From Acetobacteraceae bacterium (GTDB lineage Bacteria; Pseudomonadota; Alphaproteobacteria; Acetobacterales; Acetobacteraceae), in NCBI GenBank assembly GCA_027449745.1, contig DAIDKZ010000205.1:1798-65797 (forward strand): 64,000 nt of DNA, written 5' to 3'. Under the pieces are notes generated by a model. It was not told where the DNA came from, ran no database searches, and was given only the letters and a program-made list of their open reading frames with translations. A program made the translations under genes and the position numbers. Below are positions 27,814-36,069 of the stretch, piece by piece. Each line of letters starts with the position of its first letter. Within the stretch, counting starts at the first letter, position 1.

Positions 27814-29333
27814 GCCACCAGGCCGAGCGTTGCGGCGAGCCCGATGCGCTGCAGCTTGCCGGTCGCACCCTTCGGAATTTCCTTCACGAACACGACTTTG
27901 CGCGGCACCTTGAAGGCGGCGAGCCGCTGGGCGGCAAAATCGCGCAGCGCCTGCTCGGTGCATGCCATGCCCTCGCGCAGCACCACCGCCGCCGCCACCT
28001 CCTCGCCGAGGGTCGCGTGCGGCAAGGCAAAGCTCACCACCTGGGCCACGGCCGGGTGATCCATCAGCACCGTATCGACCTCCAGCGGGCTGACCTTCTC
28101 GCCGCCGCGATTGATCAGTTCCTTGAGGCGCCCGGTGAGCGTGAGATAGCCTTCGGCGTCGAGCATGCCCTGGTCCCCGGTGCGGAACCAGCCGTTGGTG
28201 AACGCCTTGGCATTGGCGTCGGCGTTGTTGTCGTAGCCGCGGGTGACATTGGGGCCGCGGATCACGACCTCGCCGGTCTCCCCGCGCGGCAGCAGCGCGC
28301 CGGCCTCGTCCATGATGCCGATCTCCGGTCCCGCCGCGACGCCGACGGAGCCCGGCTTGCGCGCGCGCGGCGGCAGCGGGTTCGAGGCCATTTGATGCGC
28401 GGCCTCGGTCATGCCGTAGGATTCGAGCACCGGCGCGCCGAACACGTCCTCCAGCTCGGCCATCACCTGTGGTGGCAGCGAGGCGGAGGACGAGCGGATC
28501 AGGCGCAGCCCTGCGGCCCGTGCCGCGTCGCGGTGGTTGCGCGCGCGCATCAGGATCGCCTGATGCATGGTCGGCACGGCGGTGTACCAGCTCGGCTTCA
28601 CCTCGGCGAGCCATTCGAGGAATTTGAAGGCGTTGAAGCCCGGCGTGCAGCTCACCGCGGCGCCGGCGGCGATGGAGGACAGCACCGCCGCGATCAGCCC
28701 GTGGATGTGGAACAGCGGCATGATGTTGAGGCAGCGATCGGCTTGGGTCAGCGCCAGCGCGGTGCCGATGTGGCGGGCCGAGGCGGCGAGGTTCGCGTTC
28801 GACAGCGGGACGATCTTCGGCCGCGCCGTGGTGCCCGAGGTGTGCAGCACCAGCGCGATGTCCTCTGCCTGTGCCGGTCCCGGACGGGCGGGCACCGCGG
28901 CGGGCAGGGCGCCGGTGTCGAGATGGAAGCGGCCAGCCGGGCCGTCCCCGCCGGGTGTCAGCGCGATGACGGGAATGCCGAGCCGCTCCGCCACGCCGCG
29001 CGCCGGCGTCTCCGCCCCGGCCTCGAGGATCACCGCCTTCGGCTTGAGGTCGCCGAGATAGAACTCGAACTCCTCGGCCCGATAGGCGGGATTGAGCGGC
29101 GCCGCGGTCGCCCCGGCGGCGAGGCAGAGGAACAGGCTGGCGCAGTCAGGCCCGTTGGGGAGGACGAAGGCGACCCGGTCGCCGGCGCCGATGCCGGCGG
29201 CGTTGAGCGCGGCGACCGTCTCCCGCGCCAGGGCGAGCAGCCCGGCGCGATCGAGCCAGTCGCGCCCCGGCGCCCCGATCGCGGGCAGTGCGCCGTCATG
29301 CGCCAAAAGAATGTCCATCACCGTCCCGGCCAT
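27810..29333 (-). CDS. AMP-forming acyl-CoA synthetase (oxalate-CoA ligase/AAE3-like)
   Basis: AMP-binding motif LHTSGTTARPK, YGMTE, TGD, and C-terminal PKGATGK. Confidence 0.85.
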   Translation of the reverse strand: MAGTVMDILLAHDGALPAIGAPGRDWLDRAGLLALARETVAALNAAGIGAGDRVAFVLPNGPDCASLFLCLAAGATAAPLNPAYRAEEFEFYLGDLKPKAVILEAGAETPARGVAERLGIPVIALTPGGDGPAGRFHLDTGALPAAVPARPGPAQAEDIALVLHTSGTTARPKIVPLSNANLAASARHIGTALALTQADRCLNIMPLFHIHGLIAAVLSSIAAGAAVSCTPGFNAFKFLEWLAEVKPSWYTAVPTMHQAILMRARNHRDAARAAGLRLIRSSSASLPPQVMAELEDVFGAPVLESYGMTEAAHQMASNPLPPRARKPGSVGVAAGPEIGIMDEAGALLPRGETGEVVIRGPNVTRGYDNNADANAKAFTNGWFRTGDQGMLDAEGYLTLTGRLKELINRGGEKVSPLEVDTVLMDHPAVAQVVSFALPHATLGEEVAAAVVLREGMACTEQALRDFAAQRLAAFKVPRKVVFVKEIPKGATGKLQRIGLAATLGLVA

Positions 29334-29414
29334 GCCCGAACCCCCTCCGCTACCCTTGGCGAGCCGGGTTTAGGCCGGCGCGGCGCCGCCGGCAACGGCC
29401 CTGTGCCGGGCGCC

Positions 29415-30842
29415 TCAGGCGGGGCGATGGAACCAGTTCGCCGGATTCGCGTCGCAGCAATCCCACTGCCCGCCGATGCGGCGGCCGCCCTCGACCAGGC
29501 CGAGCGCGTCCTGGTTCACCGGGCCGACCGTCGCCGGCAGATCGACCGCCTCAGGAACGCCGCGGACGGCAAAGCCGCGCGGCAGGGTGAGCGTGGTGAA
29601 CGCCCGGCCGGTGATGGTCCATTGCCCGCGCGTGCCGGGGAAGTTGCGCCGATGCCAGAGATCGTCCGCGGTCGCCGGCGCCGCCGTGCCGGGCGGGGTT
29701 GCGGTCGTGGTCGGAATCCAGACATGGCCGGCATCGTCCACCCACCACGCCTCCCAGTAGCGCGGGGTGAGCGCCGGCGTGGCGTCGGCGGCGGTGGCGC
29801 AGTCCGTCACCGTTCGCGTGCTGATCACTTCCTGGATCAGCCAACCGCCGCGCAGCGTCGTGGCGAAGTTCACGTCCCAGGCGAATTGGCCGCAATTGAA
29901 CCGGTTGGGGGCGGCAACGCTGGCGGTGGTGACGAAATTGTCGGTGCGCAGCAGCCGCGCCAGCGCGTCCTGATGCTCGGCGCGCAGCTCGGCCAGAAGC
30001 GTGCGCGTCGTCAGCGGTCCCACCTGCCCGTCCGGCGTGAGGCCGAACTGTGCTTGCCAGGCGGCGACAGCGAGCGCCAGGTCGGCGTCCGCGACCGCCG
30101 GATATTTGGCGATCCCCAGCACGTCGCGGACGAAGCTGATCGTATAAGGGTCCTTGAAGCGAAAGGCGTTGTAGGCGTTGGCGGTGGCGATCTCCGCCGG
30201 GGTCAGCGCCGGCGGCGGCGCGCCGGGGTGCGGCGGCACGGTCGCGAGGTCACGCTGCAGCCGCATTCCGGCGCTGCCGAGGCTCGGCACGCCCGGCCAC
30301 GGCACCGCGCCACCGAGGTCCGCGTCCACCTCCTCATCGGACGCGGAGGCCGAGCTGCCGGCCGCGTCGCGCTCCTCCGCGGCGCAGGCGCGCTGGAGCC
30401 GCATGGCCGGAGCCGGGCCCGCGGCTTGGGCGCGGCCACTCTCGGTGACCGCCGTGGCCGCGCCTTCGGCGGCGCGCTCGTAGCCGTCATCGGGCGGGCC
30501 GATCGTCAGGGTTGGCGGCATCGCCGCGCCGCGCTGCTGCACGACATGGGCGAGTTCATGAGCGAGCAGGCGCCGCCCCGCCGGGTCCTCGGGGCGGAAG
30601 GCGCCTCCGGCGAAGACGATGTCCGATCCCACCGTGTAGGCACGGGCCCCGACGGCCGCCGCCGAGGCGGCTGCGGTCGCGTCCGTATGGATCCGCACGC
30701 GGGCGAAATCGGTGCCGAAGCCACGCTCCAGCGGCGCCCGCACCCCGGGATCGAGGGCCCGGCCGACGCCGCGGAGCGCCTGGTGGACGAGTGGCGGCGC
30801 CGCTGGTCGGACCGCCGTCGTGCGGGGCCGGTGAGAGGGCAT
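29415..30842 (-). CDS. DUF4157 zincin-like domain + peptidoglycan-binding domain + unassigned Cys-containing C-terminal domain
   Basis: Last 475 aa of ORF 29415..31445 (ATG at 30842, alternative 30860). The DUF4157 core is FGTDFARVRIHTD...AYTVGSDIVFA...RRLLAHELAHVVQQ. The PG_binding_1-like segment is LALAVAAWQAQFGLTPDGQVGPLTTRTL. Residues ~300-475 match nothing I recognise. Confidence 0.8.
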   Translation of the reverse strand: MPSHRPRTTAVRPAAPPLVHQALRGVGRALDPGVRAPLERGFGTDFARVRIHTDATAAASAAAVGARAYTVGSDIVFAGGAFRPEDPAGRRLLAHELAHVVQQRGAAMPPTLTIGPPDDGYERAAEGAATAVTESGRAQAAGPAPAMRLQRACAAEERDAAGSSASASDEEVDADLGGAVPWPGVPSLGSAGMRLQRDLATVPPHPGAPPPALTPAEIATANAYNAFRFKDPYTISFVRDVLGIAKYPAVADADLALAVAAWQAQFGLTPDGQVGPLTTRTLLAELRAEHQDALARLLRTDNFVTTASVAAPNRFNCGQFAWDVNFATTLRGGWLIQEVISTRTVTDCATAADATPALTPRYWEAWWVDDAGHVWIPTTTATPPGTAAPATADDLWHRRNFPGTRGQWTITGRAFTTLTLPRGFAVRGVPEAVDLPATVGPVNQDALGLVEGGRRIGGQWDCCDANPANWFHRPA

Positions 30843-30970
30843 CAGCGCCACTCCGTGCATCGGGCGCGGCCGATCCGCGCCATCGGCGCGAGGAAGGATT
30901 GCACGATGGATCCCTAATCGCAACGATTTCGCCATCGGCGGCGCACCCGAGTGCTCGGCACCGGCTGCGT

Positions 30971-31507
30971 TCAGTAGCGACCGCCGAGTGCGTGCACCGC
31001 CGCCAGCCCGACGAAGGCGACCGCGACCGAGATCAGGTTGGCGAGGAAGAGCGCCGCCAGCCGCCCGGCGGTGAAGCGAGGGCGCAGATACCACCACAGC
31101 ACCAGCGCCTCGATCACGACGTCGCCCAGGGCGAGCAGAACCATGTCGCCGAACAGGATCGCGTAGCCGGCGAGCCAGGCATGGGCGGCGGCGGGCCGCA
31201 GCGCGGCCTCGAACCAGAGCGCGGGCGCGCCGACGAGGAGCAGCCCGCCGGCCGAGGAGGCGAGATTCATCAGCAGGTCGGCGGCCACGGCCTCCTTCCA
31301 GCCGAGTGCGAAGGCCCAGCGCAGCGCCAGCAATTCCACACCGAGGGCGATGGGGATGGTCCACCAGGCGATCTGCGGCGCCCAGGCGAGCACCAGGATG
31401 AACGGAACATCGGCCGCCGCCGGCCGCGCCGCCAGCGCCAGCCACGCGGTGAGGATGCCGATGCGGGTGGCCGGCGCCACCCGGCGGCGCCGGCGCGGTG
31501 GTTTCAC
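30971..31507 (-). CDS. small integral membrane protein, unknown function
   Basis: C-terminal 178 aa of ORF 30971..32125. GTG at 31507 overlaps the DsbA-like stop (GTGA). Basic N-terminus, then about 5 hydrophobic segments. The upstream part of the ORF is Arg-rich junk overlapping the DsbA-like gene. Confidence 0.6.
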   Translation of the reverse strand: MKPPRRRRRVAPATRIGILTAWLALAARPAAADVPFILVLAWAPQIAWWTIPIALGVELLALRWAFALGWKEAVAADLLMNLASSAGGLLLVGAPALWFEAALRPAAAHAWLAGYAILFGDMVLLALGDVVIEALVLWWYLRPRFTAGRLAALFLANLISVAVAFVGLAAVHALGGRY

Positions 31508-32184
31508 CCGGCGTCGAAGCCGAGGCTTTCCGTGGCCTCGACGGCGGCGACGTCGAGCAGCCGTTCGATTACCTCCGGTTCCTGCGCGCCGGCGATGGCG
31601 TGGCGCTCGGCGACGACGAAACACGGCACGCCGGTGATGCCGAGCCGGTGGGCGCGCAGATTGTCGGCGTGCACCGCATCCACGCCGGCATCGCCGAGCA
31701 GGAACGCGTACGCCGCCGCCGCGTCCAGCCCGGCGGCCTCGGCCAGCTCGGCCAGTACGGTGCTGTCGCCGATATCGCGCCCGTCCAGGAAATAGGCGGT
31801 GAAGAGCGCCTCCACCACCGTTGCGGCGCGGCCGAATCCGGCGGCCCAGCGCACCAGCCGGTGCGCATCCACGCTCGAGGGCGTGCGGCGGACACGGTCG
31901 AAGCGGAACGCGACGCCCTCGGCGCGGCCCAGCTCGGTGAGCGAATGGTAGAGCCGGCGAGCCCGCTCCTCGCTGCCGAACTTCCGCACCATGTAGTCGC
32001 CGGCGGCGACGCCGGCGCGCGGCATGTCCGGATTGAGCAGGAAGGCCCGCCAGGAAATCTCGCAGGAAAGATCCGGACGCGCCTGCAGCGTGCGCATGAG
32101 CCGACTGGTCCCGAGCCGGCACCACGGGCAGACGAGATCGAGCACGACCTCGACCGAGAGGCGGGCCCGGGGAGGGGCGAGCAT
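31504..32184 (-). CDS. DsbA-family thiol:disulfide oxidoreductase (FrnE/HCCA-isomerase-like), no obvious signal peptide
   Basis: CPWC active site 16 aa from the ATG at 32184. GITGVP..V motif near the C-terminus. Confidence 0.8.
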   Translation of the reverse strand: MLAPPRARLSVEVVLDLVCPWCRLGTSRLMRTLQARPDLSCEISWRAFLLNPDMPRAGVAAGDYMVRKFGSEERARRLYHSLTELGRAEGVAFRFDRVRRTPSSVDAHRLVRWAAGFGRAATVVEALFTAYFLDGRDIGDSTVLAELAEAAGLDAAAAYAFLLGDAGVDAVHADNLRAHRLGITGVPCFVVAERHAIAGAQEPEVIERLLDVAAVEATESLGFDAG

Positions 32185-32288
32185 GTTCACGCCACCGAAT
32201 CTAGCGTCGATTCCCGCCCTGTGCACCCTGTTTCCCACCCGCTTCCGGCGCCGTTTACAGCCGGCTGCGCCACGGGCACAGTGCCGCC

Positions 32289-32978
32289 ATGGCCATTCAG
32301 CTCTACGATCTCGCCGGCGCCGACGCGGCGCTGCGCTTCAGCCCCTATTGTTGGCGCACGCGCCTGGCGCTGGCCCACAAGGACCTCCCGGTGGAGACGC
32401 GCCCCTGGCGTTTCAGCGAGAAGTCGGTCCTCGCCCCCTTCGGCTCCGAGCGCGTTCCGGTGCTCGTCGACGATACCCGGGCGGTCGCCGACAGCTGGGC
32501 CATCGCCGAATATCTCGAGGACAGCTACCCCGACCGCCCGAGCCTGTTCGAGGGGCCCGGTGGCCGCGCCCACGCGCGCTTCATCAATGCCTGGGCGGAC
32601 CAGGTGATGATGCCGCTGATCTCGCGCATGGTGGTCCGCGATGTCTGGTCGGCGCTGGCGCCGCAGGATCAGGAGTATTTCCGCACCAGCCGCGAGTCCC
32701 GCTTCGGCCGTCCGCTCGAGGATGTCGTCGCCGACCGCGAGGTGACCCGCGAGGCCTTCAGCCAGGCGCTGGCTCCGGTCCGCACCGTGCTGCGGGCCCA
32801 GGACTGGCTCGGCGGCGAAGGCCCGAGCTATGCCGACTATATCGTCTTCGGCGGGCTGCAATGGGCGCGCTGCATCAGCCGGTTCGAGCTGCTCGACGCG
32901 GCGGATCCGCTGAGCGGGTGGCGCGCGCGCGTGCTCGACCTGTTCGGCGGCGTCGCCGCCGCCGCGCCGCGCGTCTGA
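32289..32978 (+). CDS. glutathione S-transferase family protein
   Basis: Thioredoxin-like N-domain (RFSPYCWRTRLAL..K..., VPVL.D, DSWAIAEYLE) plus a helical C-domain. Confidence 0.8.
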   Translation: MAIQLYDLAGADAALRFSPYCWRTRLALAHKDLPVETRPWRFSEKSVLAPFGSERVPVLVDDTRAVADSWAIAEYLEDSYPDRPSLFEGPGGRAHARFINAWADQVMMPLISRMVVRDVWSALAPQDQEYFRTSRESRFGRPLEDVVADREVTREAFSQALAPVRTVLRAQDWLGGEGPSYADYIVFGGLQWARCISRFELLDAADPLSGWRARVLDLFGGVAAAAPRV

Positions 32979-32996
32979 CCGCTGCCGCGCGCTTCC

Positions 32997-33010
32997 TTGA
33001 TCTAGATCAA
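32997..33010 (+). promoter_or_regulatory. FNR/FixK-type box TTGATCTAGATCAA
   Basis: Exact TTGAT-N4-ATCAA within the 18-bp palindrome CCTTGATCTAGATCAAGG. Ends 75 nt upstream of the pqqC ATG. Confidence 0.65.
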
Positions 33011-33085
33011 GGTTGAGGCGGCGGCGCACGGCGACCTTCCCGCCGCGTCCCGGATCATCGGGCAAGCAACGCGGGAGAGGAAACG

Positions 33086-33814
33086 ATGGCGGCACCCATG
33101 AGCCCGGATGAACTGGAGGCGGCGCTGCGCCAGATCGGCGCCGAGCGCTACCACAATCTGCATCCGTTCCATCGCATGCTGCATGGCGGCAAGATGAGCT
33201 TCGGCCAGGTGCAGGCCTGGGCGCTGAACCGCTACGTCTACCAGTCCGCCATTCCGCGCAAGGATGCGGCGCTGATGGCCAAGCTCGAAGACCGCGAGCT
33301 GCGCCGCGAATGGATCCATCGCATCCACGACCATGACGGGCTCGGCGACGAGGCCGGCGGCATCGAGCGCTGGCTGCGTCTGACCGACGGGCTGAAGCTC
33401 GACCGCGCCTACGTCATCGCCAAGGAGGGCGCGCTGCCGGCGACCAAATTCGCTGTCGAGGCCTATGTCCGCTTCGTCTACGAGCACCCGCCGCTGGAGG
33501 CGATCGCCTCCTCGCTGACCGAACTCTTCGCCCCCGCCATCCACGCCGAGCGCATCGCCGGGATGCTGGAGAACTACAGCTTCATCGACGAGCACCTGGT
33601 CGCCTATTTCCGCCGCCGTCTGGACCAGGCCCCGCGGGACGCGAATTTCGCGCTCCGCTATGTGCGCGAGAACGCCCGCACGCCGGACCAGCAGCGGGCC
33701 GTCCTCGCCGCGCTGCGCTTCAAGACCGACGTGCTCTGGGCCCAATTGGACGCGCTGCACTTCGCCTATGTCGATCCCGGCCTGATCCCGCCCGGTGCAT
33801 TCCGGCCGGGCTGA
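33086..33814 (+). CDS. pqqC: pyrroloquinoline-quinone synthase
   Basis: Strong colinear resemblance to PqqC as I recall it (YH..HPFH..MH.G......Q.W..NR.YYQ..IP.KDAA.......R..W..RI.DHDG....GGIE.WL.L; SSLTELFAP.IH). Confidence 0.9.
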   Translation: MAAPMSPDELEAALRQIGAERYHNLHPFHRMLHGGKMSFGQVQAWALNRYVYQSAIPRKDAALMAKLEDRELRREWIHRIHDHDGLGDEAGGIERWLRLTDGLKLDRAYVIAKEGALPATKFAVEAYVRFVYEHPPLEAIASSLTELFAPAIHAERIAGMLENYSFIDEHLVAYFRRRLDQAPRDANFALRYVRENARTPDQQRAVLAALRFKTDVLWAQLDALHFAYVDPGLIPPGAFRPG

Positions 33815-34012
33815 GAGGGCGCCCACCGGCGGTCGGGATTCGGCGTGCGTGCGCCGGGTTCCGGCCGCGCCCTGGTTCATCGCGAGGCCGGTTCCGACGG
33901 CCGGTGCCGTGCGCTTGGCCCGCGGCGGGGACGATCCGGCCGATTGGCCACGACGCACCGCACCATGCTAGGGTAGCTCGCAGGTTCGTGAACAGGAGCG
34001 TCAGGCCGGCCA

Positions 34013-34690
34013 ATGTCAGACCCAGTCAAGCCCCTCCACGCCGAGTCCGGCGCTCAGCCCGTGGTGGTGAAGAAATACGCCAACCGCCGCCTCTACAACA
34101 CCGAGAGCTCCAGCTACATCACCCTGGACAATCTCGCCGAACTGATCCGGAGCGGGCGCGATTTCGTCGTCTATGACGCCAAGACCGGCGAGGACATCAC
34201 TCGCGGCGTGCTGACCCAGATCATCGTCGAGGAGGAGAGCAAGGGCCGCGCCATGCTGCCCACCGGCTTCCTGCGCCAGCTCATCGGCCTCTACGGCGAC
34301 AGCATGCAGGGCCTCGTGCCACGCTTCCTCGAACAGGCGATGAGCAATTTCGCGCATCAGCAGGAGCAGATGCGCGTGGCGATGCAGCAGACCATGGGCA
34401 GCCTGTTCCCTTTCGGCATGGAGGAGGTCGGCCGGCAGAACATGGCGATGATGGAGCGAGCGATGGGCATGTTCGCGCCGTTCTATCGCCAGATGCAGCA
34501 CCCCGATGCCGCGGCGCCGGCCGCCGAACCCGCGACCGAGGCGGACGTGGCGGCGCTGCGGGCCGAAATCTCATCGCTGCGGGCGCAGCTTGCCCGTGCC
34601 GCGATCGCGGCCGCCGCCGCCGCCGTGCCGCCTTCGTCGGCGGCCCCGCCCATGGCGGACCCGGCGAAGGGCAGCCCGGCCAAGCCCTGA
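34013..34690 (+). CDS. phaR: polyhydroxyalkanoate synthesis repressor
   Basis: Hallmark N-terminus VVKKYANRRLYNTESSSYITL.DL..LI..G..F.V.DAK.G.DIT..VL.QII.E.E. Confidence 0.9.
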   Translation: MSDPVKPLHAESGAQPVVVKKYANRRLYNTESSSYITLDNLAELIRSGRDFVVYDAKTGEDITRGVLTQIIVEEESKGRAMLPTGFLRQLIGLYGDSMQGLVPRFLEQAMSNFAHQQEQMRVAMQQTMGSLFPFGMEEVGRQNMAMMERAMGMFAPFYRQMQHPDAAAPAAEPATEADVAALRAEISSLRAQLARAAIAAAAAAVPPSSAAPPMADPAKGSPAKP

Positions 34691-34859
34691 ACCCCGCCGA
34701 TGCCGGCGACAATTTGAACCCGCCGATGCCGGCGAGGGGCGGCCATGCGCGCAGGGGCTTGCCTTTCCGGCGGCAAGGGACGATGTAGCCTCAGTCATCT
34801 GGACTGGCGCGGTCCCCTTTGCCGCTCCGGCCCGTTCCCGGAACTCCGAGCAGGCGCCC

Positions 34860-35417
34860 ATGTTCATCGAGACCGAATCCACACCCAACCCGGCGACGCT
34901 GAAATTCCTCCCCGGCCGCAGCGTGATGGCCTCCGGCACCGCCGACTTCGCCGGGGCGGACAGCGCCGCGGCGAGCCCCCTCGCGCGTGCGATGTTCGCC
35001 CTGCCGGGCGTCGCGCGGGTCTTTCTCGGGGCCGATTTCGTCGCTGTCACCAAGACCGACGCCATCGCCTGGCAGTCGCTGAAGCCGCAGGTGCTGGGCG
35101 CGCTTGTCGAGCATTTTCTGTCCGGCCGCCCGGCGGTCGAAGGCAGTGCGGGCGAGGCGGCGGAGGACGTCGCCGGCGAGGATGCCGAGATCGTCGCCCA
35201 GATCAAGGAACTGCTCGATACCCGCGTGCGCCCGGCCGTCGCCGGCGATGGCGGGGACATCGTGTTCCGCGGCTTCCGCGACGGGGTGGTGAAGCTGCAC
35301 ATGCAGGGTGCGTGCAGCGGCTGTCCCTCCTCGCGCGCTACGCTCAAGCACGGCGTCGAGAACATGCTGCGCCACTACATTCCCGAAGTCCGCTCCGTCG
35401 AGCAGGTCGAGGCCTGA
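34860..35417 (+). CDS. NifU/Nfu-type Fe-S cluster assembly scaffold protein
   Basis: ATG at 34860 ([19 protein letters not shown], Nfu_N domain). C-terminal NifU domain with CSGCPSS. Confidence 0.9.
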   Translation: MFIETESTPNPATLKFLPGRSVMASGTADFAGADSAAASPLARAMFALPGVARVFLGADFVAVTKTDAIAWQSLKPQVLGALVEHFLSGRPAVEGSAGEAAEDVAGEDAEIVAQIKELLDTRVRPAVAGDGGDIVFRGFRDGVVKLHMQGACSGCPSSRATLKHGVENMLRHYIPEVRSVEQVEA

Positions 35418-35463
35418 TCGCGACCGCGTTCCGTTCTCATCCCCCGCAATAAGGCCGCCGCCC

Positions 35464-36063
35464 ATGCCGTTGGATTCGCCCACTCTCGACGAAGGCGCGC
35501 TCGACCTTCTGTTCCGCACGGCGCGCACCCAGAACGCCTGGACCGACCGCGAGGTGAGCGACGAGACGCTGCGTGCGCTCTACGACCTGCTGCGCATGGG
35601 GCCGACCTCGGCCAATTGCTCACCGGCGCGCTTCCTCTTCCTGCGCACGCGCGAGGCGAAGGAGCGGCTGCGGCCGGCGCTTTCGGCCGGCAATATCGAA
35701 AAGACCATGGCCGCGCCGGTGACGGTGATCGTCGGCTACGATCCGCGCTTTTTCGATCTGCTGCCGCGCCTCTTTCCGCACGCCGACGCCCGCGCCTGGT
35801 TCGCCGGCAACGAGGCGCTGGCGCAGGAGACGGCCTTCCGCAACGGCACCCTGCAAGGCGGCTACCTGATCCTGGCGGCGCGCGCCCTCGGGCTCGATTG
35901 CGGGCCGATGTCGGGTTTCGACAAGGCCAAGGTGGACGCGGAATTCCTCGCCGTCTGGGGCTGGAAGAGCAATTTCCTGGTCAATCTCGGCCATGGCGAC
36001 TCGTCGGGCCTGTTCGCCCGCAGCCCGCGGCTCGATTTCGACGAGGCCTGCCAGCTCCTCTGA
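35464..36063 (+). CDS. nitroreductase-family protein (malonic semialdehyde reductase RutE-like)
   Basis: ATG at 35464. Pattern [20 protein letters not shown]...GPTSAN..P.RF.F. Confidence 0.8.
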   Translation: MPLDSPTLDEGALDLLFRTARTQNAWTDREVSDETLRALYDLLRMGPTSANCSPARFLFLRTREAKERLRPALSAGNIEKTMAAPVTVIVGYDPRFFDLLPRLFPHADARAWFAGNEALAQETAFRNGTLQGGYLILAARALGLDCGPMSGFDKAKVDAEFLAVWGWKSNFLVNLGHGDSSGLFARSPRLDFDEACQLL

Positions 36064-36069
36064 GGCCGG

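Noticed and set aside
27672-30917. 1081-aa plus-strand ORF
   Set aside because: It is antisense to the acyl-CoA synthetase and DUF4157 genes. The composition is dominated by R/G/A/P with no recognisable motifs. Both opposite-strand genes have strong family signatures.
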